A DNA stretch of 64,000 nt from the NCBI GenBank assembly GCA_028279725.1, contig JANQNE010000004.1:12008-76007 (forward strand), read 5' to 3'. Each line of letters starts with the position of its first letter. Positions within the stretch are counted from its first letter, which is position 1. Below, one piece after another: positions 26,729 through 35,276 of this stretch. The position numbers and the translations under genes were made by a program. Source of the stretch: Candidatus Nanoarchaeia archaeon (GTDB lineage: Archaea > Nanobdellota > Nanobdellia > Woesearchaeales > JANQNE01). The notes below the pieces were generated by a model. It was not told the origin of the DNA and ran no database searches. It saw only the letters and a program-made list of their open reading frames with translations.

Positions 26729-26746
26729 TTGGTCAATTTTTACCAA
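26729..26746. promoter_or_regulatory. palindrome TTGGT-N8-ACCAA in the lrp / radical-SAM divergent promoter region
   Basis: TTGGTCAATTTTTACCAA, with further ATTGG[CT] half-sites at 26689-26703. AT-rich-centred palindromes of this kind are typical Lrp-type operators. Confidence 0.35.
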
Positions 26747-26792
26747 TTAATTATATAAGTTAGTTAAAATACCTCTCTAAAGTAGTTAAAAA

Positions 26793-28133
26793 ATGAAGAA
26801 AATACAACTAATTTCAGCACCAGTAGATAAAGGAAAAATCCCTTTGTATGAAGATGGCGTATTCGCACCTCTCGGATTGATTTGGTTAGGTACTTATCTT
26901 AAACACAATAATGAAGATGTTGAAATAATAGACGGACAACATGTAAATCTAGATAAAATCATCTTTAAACTAGATGCAGATATTGTGGGTTTAAGCTTTA
27001 ACATTTTCTCAACTGAATCCCTAGACAGAATTGCTGAGGCAGCTAAAAATAAAGGATCGACAGTCGTTGTTGGGGGACAGGCAGCAACACCTTTATCAAA
27101 AGAGCTATTAACAAATCACAATATTGATTATGTTATTCGTCATGATGGTCGGTCTGCACTATATAATATTTCAAGAGGTATTCTTGATACTCATAATGTA
27201 TCATATAGAAAAGACAATAAGATAATTGAAAATGAAGTATTATTATCATATCTGCCAGGTTTTCCTCCTGTCGATTGGCATTTAGATGGAATTATCACTG
27301 CAGATTATTGGGATAAATTTCAAGAGATTATAAAGTCTGTTCCAAACAACCATAAACATAGAAGACCACTTAGTTCTTTTACAAAAAGAGGTTGTCCAAT
27401 GAGGCAGAATGATAAAGGGTGTAGTTTTTGTTCGAGAGTTGATACTAATTTGGGAAGCAGGGCACCTAAACAAGCATATGATGAGTTTCAATATTTAGTT
27501 GGTTTAGGTGCTGATAGAATCGAAGAATTTAGTGATTCATGGTTATACGACAAAAAATGGTTAAGGGAATTTACTGATTTAACTAAAAAGAAAGGGCATT
27601 GGGGAATTCCTGTAAGAGTGTATGCTGATACAAGGCACATTGATCCAAAAACTATCGAGTACATGAAGGTTATTGGAATCGATAGTGTAATCTTAGGAAT
27701 TGAGTCTGGGAATGAAGAAATATTACAAGGAAATGGGAAACCAAATACAATTAAACAGATTCTGAATTGTGCTGATCTTTTAGGCAAGGCCGGAATCAAA
27801 GCTTCCCCATCATATGTTCTAGGATTAATTGGTGAAACTGAGGCAACAGTTGAAGATACGTTTAAGATTGCTGGTGAAATTGGAAGAAGATGTGAAATTG
27901 AGATGAGTTATTATAGTATTATGACCCCATTTCCTGGATCTAAAGCATGGGGATTGTTGATGGAAGATTCAACAATGAGGATGAAACATTCTGGCTATAA
28001 GTTAGATAGTGAAGATTTGCAAAGAGATTTTATTGAAAGATTCACAAAGTTGGGGCAAGATGGATTAGACTATTTAAATCACCGATTAGCTCGGAGATTT
28101 AAAATAAATACTATTGCTCAAAGAGATTATTAA
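26793..28133 (+). CDS. B12-binding-domain radical SAM protein (class B-like)
   Basis: 446 aa. N-terminal Rossmann-like B12-binding layout (PLGLIWLGTYL...DIVGLSF...VVVGGQAAT) and a radical SAM core whose cluster motif reads CPMRQNDKGCSFC (CX8CX2C). Confidence 0.75.
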   Translation: MKKIQLISAPVDKGKIPLYEDGVFAPLGLIWLGTYLKHNNEDVEIIDGQHVNLDKIIFKLDADIVGLSFNIFSTESLDRIAEAAKNKGSTVVVGGQAATPLSKELLTNHNIDYVIRHDGRSALYNISRGILDTHNVSYRKDNKIIENEVLLSYLPGFPPVDWHLDGIITADYWDKFQEIIKSVPNNHKHRRPLSSFTKRGCPMRQNDKGCSFCSRVDTNLGSRAPKQAYDEFQYLVGLGADRIEEFSDSWLYDKKWLREFTDLTKKKGHWGIPVRVYADTRHIDPKTIEYMKVIGIDSVILGIESGNEEILQGNGKPNTIKQILNCADLLGKAGIKASPSYVLGLIGETEATVEDTFKIAGEIGRRCEIEMSYYSIMTPFPGSKAWGLLMEDSTMRMKHSGYKLDSEDLQRDFIERFTKLGQDGLDYLNHRLARRFKINTIAQRDY

Positions 28134-28177
28134 TAATCCAAAAATAAGGGGTTTTCTGGAATTCTATTTTTTCACTA

Positions 28178-28308
28178 GGTGTTGCACACATTCGCTTTTT
28201 CATCGACAGGTTTATATATTTTTTCTACTATTACTATTAGTTGTCGACGGAAAAAGTGGTGTTGCACAGATCCGCAAATGCATTAGTGCAACGCCTAAAA
28301 TTGTGCAA
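28178..28308. other. nested inverted/direct repeat structure in an intergenic region
   Basis: 18-nt direct repeats GGTGTTGCACA[CG]AT[TC]CGC at 28178 and 28258. Inverted repeat CTTTTTCATCGACA / TGTCGACGGAAAAAG around a 33-nt AT-rich loop. 10-bp hairpin GGTGTTGCAC...GTGCAACGCC. Outer pair TTGCACA/TGTGCAA. Confidence 0.35.
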
Positions 28309-28408
28309 AAATCAAGATTTGAGCAATAGAACGTCTGAGAATGGTGAATTTTTCTCACTTAACATACACTAAGGATATAGTCACTATTTAAAAACCTTTT
28401 CTAACGAT

Positions 28409-29326
28409 TTATTTTTTTGAATAAATAATCTGTAGTAAATCTCCTTTGTCAAAATTTTCCTGGAAAATTCTTATTTTATTCTCAATATGATCAAAATATA
28501 GATTTTCTTTATCTTTTGAGCTTAATACCCTGAATGATGTCCTAGATAGATTAAGTCTTTTAATGTGGAAATTGTATCTCTTTAAATCAAAAGGGAAATA
28601 TAATTCAATAACAAAAGACTGTGTTGGCATGATGAAACGGTAATCTATCCAATCAGTATCTTCGTCTCCTTCTTTAATAACCCTAAGATCGCTCAAGCAC
28701 TCAGGATAATGTGTTCTAATCTTAAAACGGTAAATTTTACCCTTTCTTAGTTGTTTGCATATTTTGTAGAACGTGTTATCTCCTTCTTTATATTTCAAGA
28801 TTTCTTCTGCATTTTTTGGATTATACTCTTCAAAATTTAATCCATTTTTACTATTGATTTGGTTTAGCTCTTCACAACTCACTTTACTAACTTCAACTGG
28901 TTTTTTAGATTCACCAGAGCCTCTTTCAAAGCAGTAATGTATGTTGTTAATTTTTGGAATAATCACAATCGTTTCTTCGCTTACAGAAAACATATTAAAA
29001 TGTTTATTCTTATCTTCCGAATAGAACATTTTGTCTTTTATCTCTCTTTTTACGACGTGATATTCATTCTCTCTGATAAGATTGACTAGTTCAGGGAATA
29101 GTTGGGCTCCAGGACTCCTGATCCCTAATATCTCTCTCATAGCCCTTTTAACATCAGTGTATAATATTTTGTCCTTGTATCTCTGAACTATTACTTCACT
29201 TATCAACAAAACAGTTCCGAACTCCCATAAGAAATTTATATCTGAATAAAGGCCGATAATGATTAAGAGTATAGCTACACTTAGAATTCGATACCCAACA
29301 ATAATTTTGAAATAATCTTTAGCCAT
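28409..29326 (-). CDS. hypothetical protein with N-terminal 2-TM anchor
   Basis: ATG 29326 preceded by GGTGATCACC (the track uses GTG 29338). About 305 aa. No recognisable motif. The segment looks AT-rich. Confidence 0.55.
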   Translation of the reverse strand: MAKDYFKIIVGYRILSVAILLIIIGLYSDINFLWEFGTVLLISEVIVQRYKDKILYTDVKRAMREILGIRSPGAQLFPELVNLIRENEYHVVKREIKDKMFYSEDKNKHFNMFSVSEETIVIIPKINNIHYCFERGSGESKKPVEVSKVSCEELNQINSKNGLNFEEYNPKNAEEILKYKEGDNTFYKICKQLRKGKIYRFKIRTHYPECLSDLRVIKEGDEDTDWIDYRFIMPTQSFVIELYFPFDLKRYNFHIKRLNLSRTSFRVLSSKDKENLYFDHIENKIRIFQENFDKGDLLQIIYSKK

Positions 29327-29456
29327 ACTGGTGATCACCTAATTGAAAATGATCACCTCTTTTTTTATCCGTGGGTTTTTCCCATGAATATCACCTCGGG
29401 AATATACTATTGGGGTGAAGATTATTATATAAAACTTACGGTTTATCTAATTAACT

Positions 29457-29774
29457 TTAAGAAGCTCTTGTAAATCTGTCTTTCAGGCTGCCAAGAACAT
29501 TATGGAGATTTTTGACTTCTGCTATGAATTTCCTTAGATTCCAGGCAGACTCTCCCTGGCTTTGCTCAGCCTGAAGTGCATCCTGGAGCTTGCCTGCGAG
29601 GTTTTCTAAGAAAAGGAGGTGTTCTTTTACAGTATTACGATCCTGGTAGAGGTTATTTACAATCATCTTTTTGATCTCGTTGATACTATCTTTATCATGA
29701 TATTCTATCTTGTATGGTTCTGGAACTATTCCAGCGTCCATTTCTAGAACTTCGTCATATTCAGTTACTGGCAT
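29457..29774 (-). CDS. hypothetical helical protein
   Basis: 105 aa, predicted helical, no recognisable motif. Confidence 0.5.
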   Translation of the reverse strand: MPVTEYDEVLEMDAGIVPEPYKIEYHDKDSINEIKKMIVNNLYQDRNTVKEHLLFLENLAGKLQDALQAEQSQGESAWNLRKFIAEVKNLHNVLGSLKDRFTRAS

Positions 29775-29906
29775 ACATAAAACCCCCTACACCTGGGCTA
29801 TGTAAGTAAAGCAAATATATAAATGTTTCGCTTATTATATAAAAATAGCTACAATTATATATAAAAACGAAAAGCTTATAAAAGCATCCTTTTTGGCTTT
29901 TATTAA

Positions 29907-29997
29907 GCATATTGCGCTTCGCCAGCTTCTGTTATCTTTCCTTTTTCAGATTTATCTGTAATCGAGAAAGCACAGAAAGCTACGCTTGGCAATATGC
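29907..29997. ncRNA. candidate structured RNA/element, copy B (family with 13200-13289)
   Basis: 91 nt closed by a 9-bp stem GCATATTGC/GCAATATGC. Same conserved blocks as copy A. CTTATAAAAG (29875-84) lies about 27 nt upstream, and TTTAA follows. Confidence 0.4.
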
Positions 29998-30047
29998 TTT
30001 AATCTATACCACTAAATTTATTAATGGAAAGCTGATTTCTAAGGATT

Positions 30048-31805
30048 ATGCCAAGAATAGCTGTTGTAAAGAAGGAAAGATGTAATCCAAGCGGGTGTGG
30101 CGGCTATCTTTGCATGAAGCTTTGTCCTGTAAACAGGCAAGGTGAGGAATGCATTGCCAAGGATCCTGCTGATAATAAGGTCAAGATAGATGAAACCCTA
30201 TGCACTGGCTGCGGAATATGTGTAAACAGATGTCCATTTGAGGCTTTGTCTGTAATAAATCTGCCAGATGAATTGGCAAAGCAGCCGATACATAAGTATG
30301 GAAAGAATGGTTTTCATCTTTATAATCTGCCGACACCAATATTTGGAAAGGTTGTCGGTGTTTTGGGAAGGAATGGAATAGGAAAGTCTACTGCGATAAA
30401 GATACTAGCTGGTGTTTTGAAACCTAATCTTGGAAATGAAGAGGAAGCTGACTATAAAGAGCTGATAGATTTCTTTAAAGGAAGCGAAGCACAGAAATTT
30501 TTTGAACAAGTGAGAGATGGAAAGATAAAGATCGGCTATAAGCCTCAGGCAGTTGATCTTATACCTAAGAAAACTAAGGGAAAAGTAAAGGAATTGCTGA
30601 AAAAGGTTGATGAAAGAAAGAAATTTGATGAGATGGTTGACAGGTTAGAGCTGAAAGAGATATTGGACAGAAATATTAGTGATCTTTCTGGTGGGGAGCT
30701 GCAGAGAGTTGCTATTGCTGCAACTGTGCTGAAAGATGCTAACTTGTATATATTTGACGAGCCAACATCTTATCTTGATATAAAGCAGAGAATAAAGGTT
30801 AGCAAGTTTATCAGGGAGTTAGCTGATGAGAATACAGCTGTTATTGTTATAGAACACGACCTGATAATATTAGATTATATGACTGATCTAGTGCATCTTA
30901 TGTATGGTAAAGAAGGAGTTTATGGTATTGTTTCTCAGCCAAAGACAACAAGAGTTGGAATAAATGTCTATCTTTCTGGTTATCTTAAGGAAGAGAATAT
31001 GAGATTTAGAGATAAAGAAATAAAATTCTATGTAAGGCCTCCCGAGAAAAAAGAAAAACATATCCATCTTACATCATGGAAAGGAATATCACAGAAGTTA
31101 GGAAGTTTTAGTTTAGAAGCTAAAGAAGGAGAGCTTTTCAAGCATGATGTTGTGGGAATATTGGGAGAGAATGGAATAGGAAAGACATCTTTTGTAAAGA
31201 TACTGGCTGGAGTTTCTAAACAAGATAAAGGAGAGATAACTGAGAAAGTCAAGGTTAGCTATAAGCCTCAGTATATTGATTCTGAATCTGATGAATTAGT
31301 TGCGTCTGCTTTGGGAGAGGCTGTAGGCAAATATGATGTTCAGCTGATAAGGCCACTACAGCTGAAGAATCTTTTAACAAGGAAGATCAATGAATTAAGC
31401 GGTGGAGAATTACAGAGAGTTGCAATTGCTTTATGTTTATCTCAGAAAGCTGATCTGTTTTTGCTTGACGAACCATCTGCTTACTTAGATGTTGAGCAGA
31501 GACTTATAGTCTCAAGAGTTGTCGGAGATATGATGGAGCAGAGCGGTGCAAGTGCTTTGGTTGTTGATCATGATGTGCTGTTTTTAGATTATTTAAGCAA
31601 AAGACTACTGATATTTGATGGAAAGCCTGCTATTAACGGAAGTGCTAAGGGTCCATTTACTATGCAGGAAGGGATGACTAATTTTTTGAGAGATCTTGCT
31701 ATAACTTTCAGAAGAGATCCTGAATCTAATCGTCCCAGGGCGAATAAAGAAGGTTCAGTAAAAGACAGAGAGCAGAAGAGTTCTGAGAAATATTATTATC
31801 TTTAG
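30048..31805 (+). CDS. abce1: ABCE1 / RNase L inhibitor-type ribosome recycling ATPase
   Basis: 585 aa. N-terminal double 4Fe-4S domain (CTGCGICVNRCP) and two ABC cassettes (GRNGIGKST, GENGIGKTS; 2x LSGGELQRVAIA). Confidence 0.95.
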   Translation: MPRIAVVKKERCNPSGCGGYLCMKLCPVNRQGEECIAKDPADNKVKIDETLCTGCGICVNRCPFEALSVINLPDELAKQPIHKYGKNGFHLYNLPTPIFGKVVGVLGRNGIGKSTAIKILAGVLKPNLGNEEEADYKELIDFFKGSEAQKFFEQVRDGKIKIGYKPQAVDLIPKKTKGKVKELLKKVDERKKFDEMVDRLELKEILDRNISDLSGGELQRVAIAATVLKDANLYIFDEPTSYLDIKQRIKVSKFIRELADENTAVIVIEHDLIILDYMTDLVHLMYGKEGVYGIVSQPKTTRVGINVYLSGYLKEENMRFRDKEIKFYVRPPEKKEKHIHLTSWKGISQKLGSFSLEAKEGELFKHDVVGILGENGIGKTSFVKILAGVSKQDKGEITEKVKVSYKPQYIDSESDELVASALGEAVGKYDVQLIRPLQLKNLLTRKINELSGGELQRVAIALCLSQKADLFLLDEPSAYLDVEQRLIVSRVVGDMMEQSGASALVVDHDVLFLDYLSKRLLIFDGKPAINGSAKGPFTMQEGMTNFLRDLAITFRRDPESNRPRANKEGSVKDREQKSSEKYYYL

Positions 31806-32429
31806 TTATTTCAATATCTTTCCAGTTTTCAGATACCAAAGATAAAGATCTAGTTCTCCTTGTGAAAGATTGAGCCTTTTTGAAAGTCTTGCAAGAATCT
31901 TTTCGAAGAGCAGATAGTTTTTTTTGTTCATAGAATCTGGTATTTTTGGGATGAGTTTGTTCTCTTCTAATGTTCTTAAGATATGTTTGTCTAAGATTGC
32001 ATAATCGAAAAATCCTATATTTCTTAAGAAATGAGATGATTCTTTGTAGCTAAGGCCTTTTATATTTTCTACCAACCATTCTCTCATATCTTTTTGTTTT
32101 TTTAGAATAGATTTTATGTCTTTATGCTTATTTGCTTCGTGTATGAAATGACCACGCCTGTTGTAGAATCTTGACTTTACATTCTTTAGTCTTTGGATAA
32201 GTTCAGCTTCATCTTTGTATTCTGTAAATCCTTTGTAGCCTAATTGCTTTTGAACTCTTATTCCCATCTCTGCTGAAGTGTTTGCTGTTAAAAGACAGAA
32301 GCATAGTTCTGAAAACCATTCTTTGTTTGATCTTTTTTTTAGTTTCTGGAATTCTTCCAGTTTTTTGTCTATCTGTATCTTTATGTCTGACTTTTTCAGT
32401 TGGTTGATATTTGCTATAAGCTGGTTCAT
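31806..32429 (-). CDS. ogg: 8-oxoguanine DNA glycosylase/AP lyase (archaeal Ogg2-type, HhH-GPD)
   Basis: 207 aa with FCLLTANTSAE...SHFLRNIGFFDYAILDKHI, typical of the N-glycosylase/DNA lyase family. Confidence 0.75.
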   Translation of the reverse strand: MNQLIANINQLKKSDIKIQIDKKLEEFQKLKKRSNKEWFSELCFCLLTANTSAEMGIRVQKQLGYKGFTEYKDEAELIQRLKNVKSRFYNRRGHFIHEANKHKDIKSILKKQKDMREWLVENIKGLSYKESSHFLRNIGFFDYAILDKHILRTLEENKLIPKIPDSMNKKNYLLFEKILARLSKRLNLSQGELDLYLWYLKTGKILK

Positions 32430-32468
32430 CTGTTTAAAGAAGAAGTTCCTAAATAAAAGCTTTATGTT

Positions 32469-33632
32469 TTAGAGAAGTTTCCATGGTTTGAAAAGAGGAT
32501 AGTCTACTTTTGGACGGAGTCTTGGGTTCCTTTTTTTTAGTTTTTCATAGTTGAAATAACCTATGTTCTTTTCCCAGTCTGCCTTGAATCCCATATCTCT
32601 TAATCTCCATTTTGAAAGATTATGTTCCAAGATCAAAGGATTTCTTACTTTTACTTTTTTTGATCTGTATGGGAGAGCCCAGACACGACCGATTACATCA
32701 CCTTCTTTTCTGTACATCTCTGCAAGTCTTATTGTTGCAGCGTCAACTTTTGTCGCATTTGTCAGCACAGGAGGGATTTCCAGTTTTATGCTTCTGTAGT
32801 TTTTTCCGTAGTTTTTGCCTATGTAGAAATACAATACTGCGTATTCGTTTCCTCCTTTTGGGAAGTCGAATTTTGTATACCCTCCTATATCTCCTCTGAT
32901 GACTGCAAATGCGTCAGTTTCAGGTATCTCATATCTGTCTGGTTTCAGTCTGATCTTGAAATTGCATAAGTTTTCTATTCCCCAGTTATCACTGTTCTTC
33001 CAGACCATTATAGATTCAAGTCCGCTATATTTTGCGTCAAAATTTTTTCCTTTGCTAGTTTTTCTTACATCTTTGATAGCTTTTGTAAAATATTTTCCTT
33101 TAAGAACTAAAGTATCTCCTTTGTCAAGGACTGAGTAGTTTCCATAAAGCCTTAACATCTCCATAAGAGGACCTAAGCCACCCATCTTTATGCTGTATTT
33201 TCTTTCTCCATTTACAACAATACCATACGCTCTTTTCCATGGTATATCTATCCTAACAGGTTTATGTGCACGAGTTCTTTTTATGTTTCTTCTTTTTGAT
33301 CTTGATCTTTTTTTTGAGGATTTTTTTGATTTTGATGCTACTTTTTTCTCTTCTTTTTCTGCAAAGTTATCGTTGTAGAAATCTTCTATTGGTTGAGGCA
33401 TGCTTTTTACTATACGTTCGATGCCCGGCCTTACTAATGGTTCTACTTTTTTTGGTCCGTCCATCTTGATGAAACCACCAAAGCCTAATGCGACAAGTGC
33501 TGCAGCTATTGTTTTTTTCTTATGTGTTTTTAGAGTGTGATAGATCTTATAGAATGAACTATTATAGTACATATCTTTTAGTTTTCCAACAGCTTCTCTG
33601 TTAATCTCTAGGTCCCATTCCCTCTCTGGCAT
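32469..33632 (-). CDS. membrane-anchored protein with poly-basic Ser/Lys/Arg linker (hypothetical)
   Basis: 387 aa. One TM segment (AAALVALGFGGFI), then KSKKSSKKRSRSKRRNIKRTRAHK, then a ~260-aa domain with no recognisable motif. Divergent from the kinase pair. Confidence 0.55.
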   Translation of the reverse strand: MPEREWDLEINREAVGKLKDMYYNSSFYKIYHTLKTHKKKTIAAALVALGFGGFIKMDGPKKVEPLVRPGIERIVKSMPQPIEDFYNDNFAEKEEKKVASKSKKSSKKRSRSKRRNIKRTRAHKPVRIDIPWKRAYGIVVNGERKYSIKMGGLGPLMEMLRLYGNYSVLDKGDTLVLKGKYFTKAIKDVRKTSKGKNFDAKYSGLESIMVWKNSDNWGIENLCNFKIRLKPDRYEIPETDAFAVIRGDIGGYTKFDFPKGGNEYAVLYFYIGKNYGKNYRSIKLEIPPVLTNATKVDAATIRLAEMYRKEGDVIGRVWALPYRSKKVKVRNPLILEHNLSKWRLRDMGFKADWEKNIGYFNYEKLKKRNPRLRPKVDYPLFKPWKLL

Positions 33633-33722
33633 AATCTAACACGCTGTGTTGTATGAAGTTTCAGTTTATAAATCTTTCTATTAAGAACCACTATTGAGTG
33701 ATGAAATTAGAAATATTTAAAT

Positions 33723-35276
33723 ATGATGGTTTCATATCACCATAGTGAGGGAGATGGCAAATTGCCGCAGAACGTAGATCCTAAGAGTGTAAACTTTAAG
33801 GTTGACAAGTCTAAGATAGTCGGCAGACCGATCTCTAATTATTCAAGATATGTTGTCAGAGAGCTTGTGGGTTATGGAGGAATGGGGACTGTTTTTAGGG
33901 CAACTGACAGTAATATAACAGATCATGAAGTTGCTGTGAAATTCTTCGGAAGCAAGATCTTAGAACAGATGAGCTATGACTGGCAGAAGGCCGAATATGT
34001 ACAGAGATTTTTAGGGGAGATAAAAGCGATGGTGGAATCAAATACACTGCCATGCGAAAATCTTATCGAAGTGTATGATGCAGGCATTACAAGAAACAAC
34101 AATCTTTATTTTGTCATGGATTACATAAAAGGAGGAGTTACTTTAGCTGATGTTCTTAGTTTCAGGGAAGGTAATTTTGATCTTGATGAAGTTTGTGTTA
34201 TAGAGGCACAGCTGCTGAACGCTCTTGCAAGCGCACACAGGTACAAGATAGTTAATAGAGATGTAAAACCTGACAACATAATGTTTGATTATATCCATAA
34301 GGTGATAAAGCTTACAGATTTTGGAGTATTTTTTGACAATAAAAGAGTTGGTGATGTCTATACGCAGATAAAACAAGATACTCCTGGGACAATACCTTAT
34401 CTTTCTAAGTTTCAAATAAAAAGACCAGAGATACCAATAGATCCTATGAAGGACAAGGTTTTTGAAGAAGGAGGAAAAAGATACTGTGAGATAAAAGGGA
34501 AGAGGTTTGAAGTCAGTGAAAGACATGGCGGCGAATTATATGTTGATTTTATCCCTGAGCAGAGCGATACGCAAGTTGCCTTAGGTTCATTATTCTATGA
34601 GATACTTACAGGCAGAAGACGTTTTATGGGGAAAGTTGACGATAAAGTTAAGGATGAGATAAGGGATTCTACGGCTAGAGATCTTTTTGTAGATAGGTCT
34701 GGAAGATATCCAAGAAGTTCTCCTATGCTAAAGGGGTTATCTAGGAGCAGTATCAGAGGGATAAACAGAATATTTTCTTTGTTCTGGAGGTATGATCTTA
34801 CAAAGATCCCTTCAGCAGAAGAAGGGAGAGAAAGAATATACGGGCTTTTAGATGGAAGGATCAATGAAAATGGGACTGTTGAGAAGATAATAAGCAAGAC
34901 TGATGAAGCTTGTGACAGAAAGATAAAAGAGATGATAAGAGGCATCAATGACGATGAATACCCAACACATGAATGGGATAAGCAGGAATTTACAAGAAGA
35001 CTTTCTTTTATCAAGAAGAGAAAAGGAGTTGAGATGGAAGGAGGGGAGATACTTAATGCTCTTAAGAATTCTTCAAAAAGGATGGTTTCTAATCTTGAAG
35101 GAAAATTAAAGACTATGACTAGAAGCGAGCTAGAGAATGCAAGAGATAAGCTTGAAACTAACAAGAATGCATGGACTGAGCTTGAGAAAGGAGAGCTTCC
35201 AAAAGAATACAAGGATATAACAAAGACTACTGCAAGAAAGATACTGCAGATAGATACAAAACTAAAAAATGGATAA
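33723..35276 (+). CDS. eukaryotic-like (Hanks-type) Ser/Thr protein kinase
   Basis: 517 aa. G-loop GYGGMGTVF, VAVKFF lysine, catalytic loop NRDVKPDNIMF, KLTDFG, and YEILTG in subdomain IX. Helical C-terminal region. Confidence 0.8.
   Translation: MMVSYHHSEGDGKLPQNVDPKSVNFKVDKSKIVGRPISNYSRYVVRELVGYGGMGTVFRATDSNITDHEVAVKFFGSKILEQMSYDWQKAEYVQRFLGEIKAMVESNTLPCENLIEVYDAGITRNNNLYFVMDYIKGGVTLADVLSFREGNFDLDEVCVIEAQLLNALASAHRYKIVNRDVKPDNIMFDYIHKVIKLTDFGVFFDNKRVGDVYTQIKQDTPGTIPYLSKFQIKRPEIPIDPMKDKVFEEGGKRYCEIKGKRFEVSERHGGELYVDFIPEQSDTQVALGSLFYEILTGRRRFMGKVDDKVKDEIRDSTARDLFVDRSGRYPRSSPMLKGLSRSSIRGINRIFSLFWRYDLTKIPSAEEGRERIYGLLDGRINENGTVEKIISKTDEACDRKIKEMIRGINDDEYPTHEWDKQEFTRRLSFIKKRKGVEMEGGEILNALKNSSKRMVSNLEGKLKTMTRSELENARDKLETNKNAWTELEKGELPKEYKDITKTTARKILQIDTKLKNG

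Noticed and set aside
28195-28256. Inverted repeats flanking a 33-nt AT-rich stretch, considered as a possible replication origin (ORB/DUE-like).
   Set aside because: There is no orc1/cdc6 gene nearby and only one repeat pair. The AT-rich tract is far shorter than known archaeal unwinding elements.
28178-28275. Two 18-nt direct repeats 80 nt apart, considered as a possible mini CRISPR array.
   Set aside because: There are only two copies. The repeats are too short, the period is too long and irregular, and the sequence after the 18-mer diverges. There are no cas genes in the window. The region is treated instead as a nested inverted/direct repeat structure.
28114-28329. 71-aa plus-strand ORF spanning the repeat structure, considered as a radical SAM precursor peptide.
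   Set aside because: It has no ATG (only a TTG start inside the upstream gene), no RBS, and its sequence is dictated by the repeats. Coding is not supported.
29339-29456. A 6-codon ORF (MGKTHG) with a GAGGTGAT RBS upstream of the orphan 2-TM gene, considered as a leader peptide.
   Set aside because: It is too short and unsupported. It may simply reflect repeated SD-like GGTGAT motifs. It is mentioned only in context.
13200-29997. The two ~90-nt elements in direct orientation, considered as attL/attR of a 16.7-kb integrated element (a tRNA gene lies inside).
   Set aside because: The copies are only about 60% identical and differ by compensatory stem changes. There is no integrase, and the tRNA is not at either boundary.
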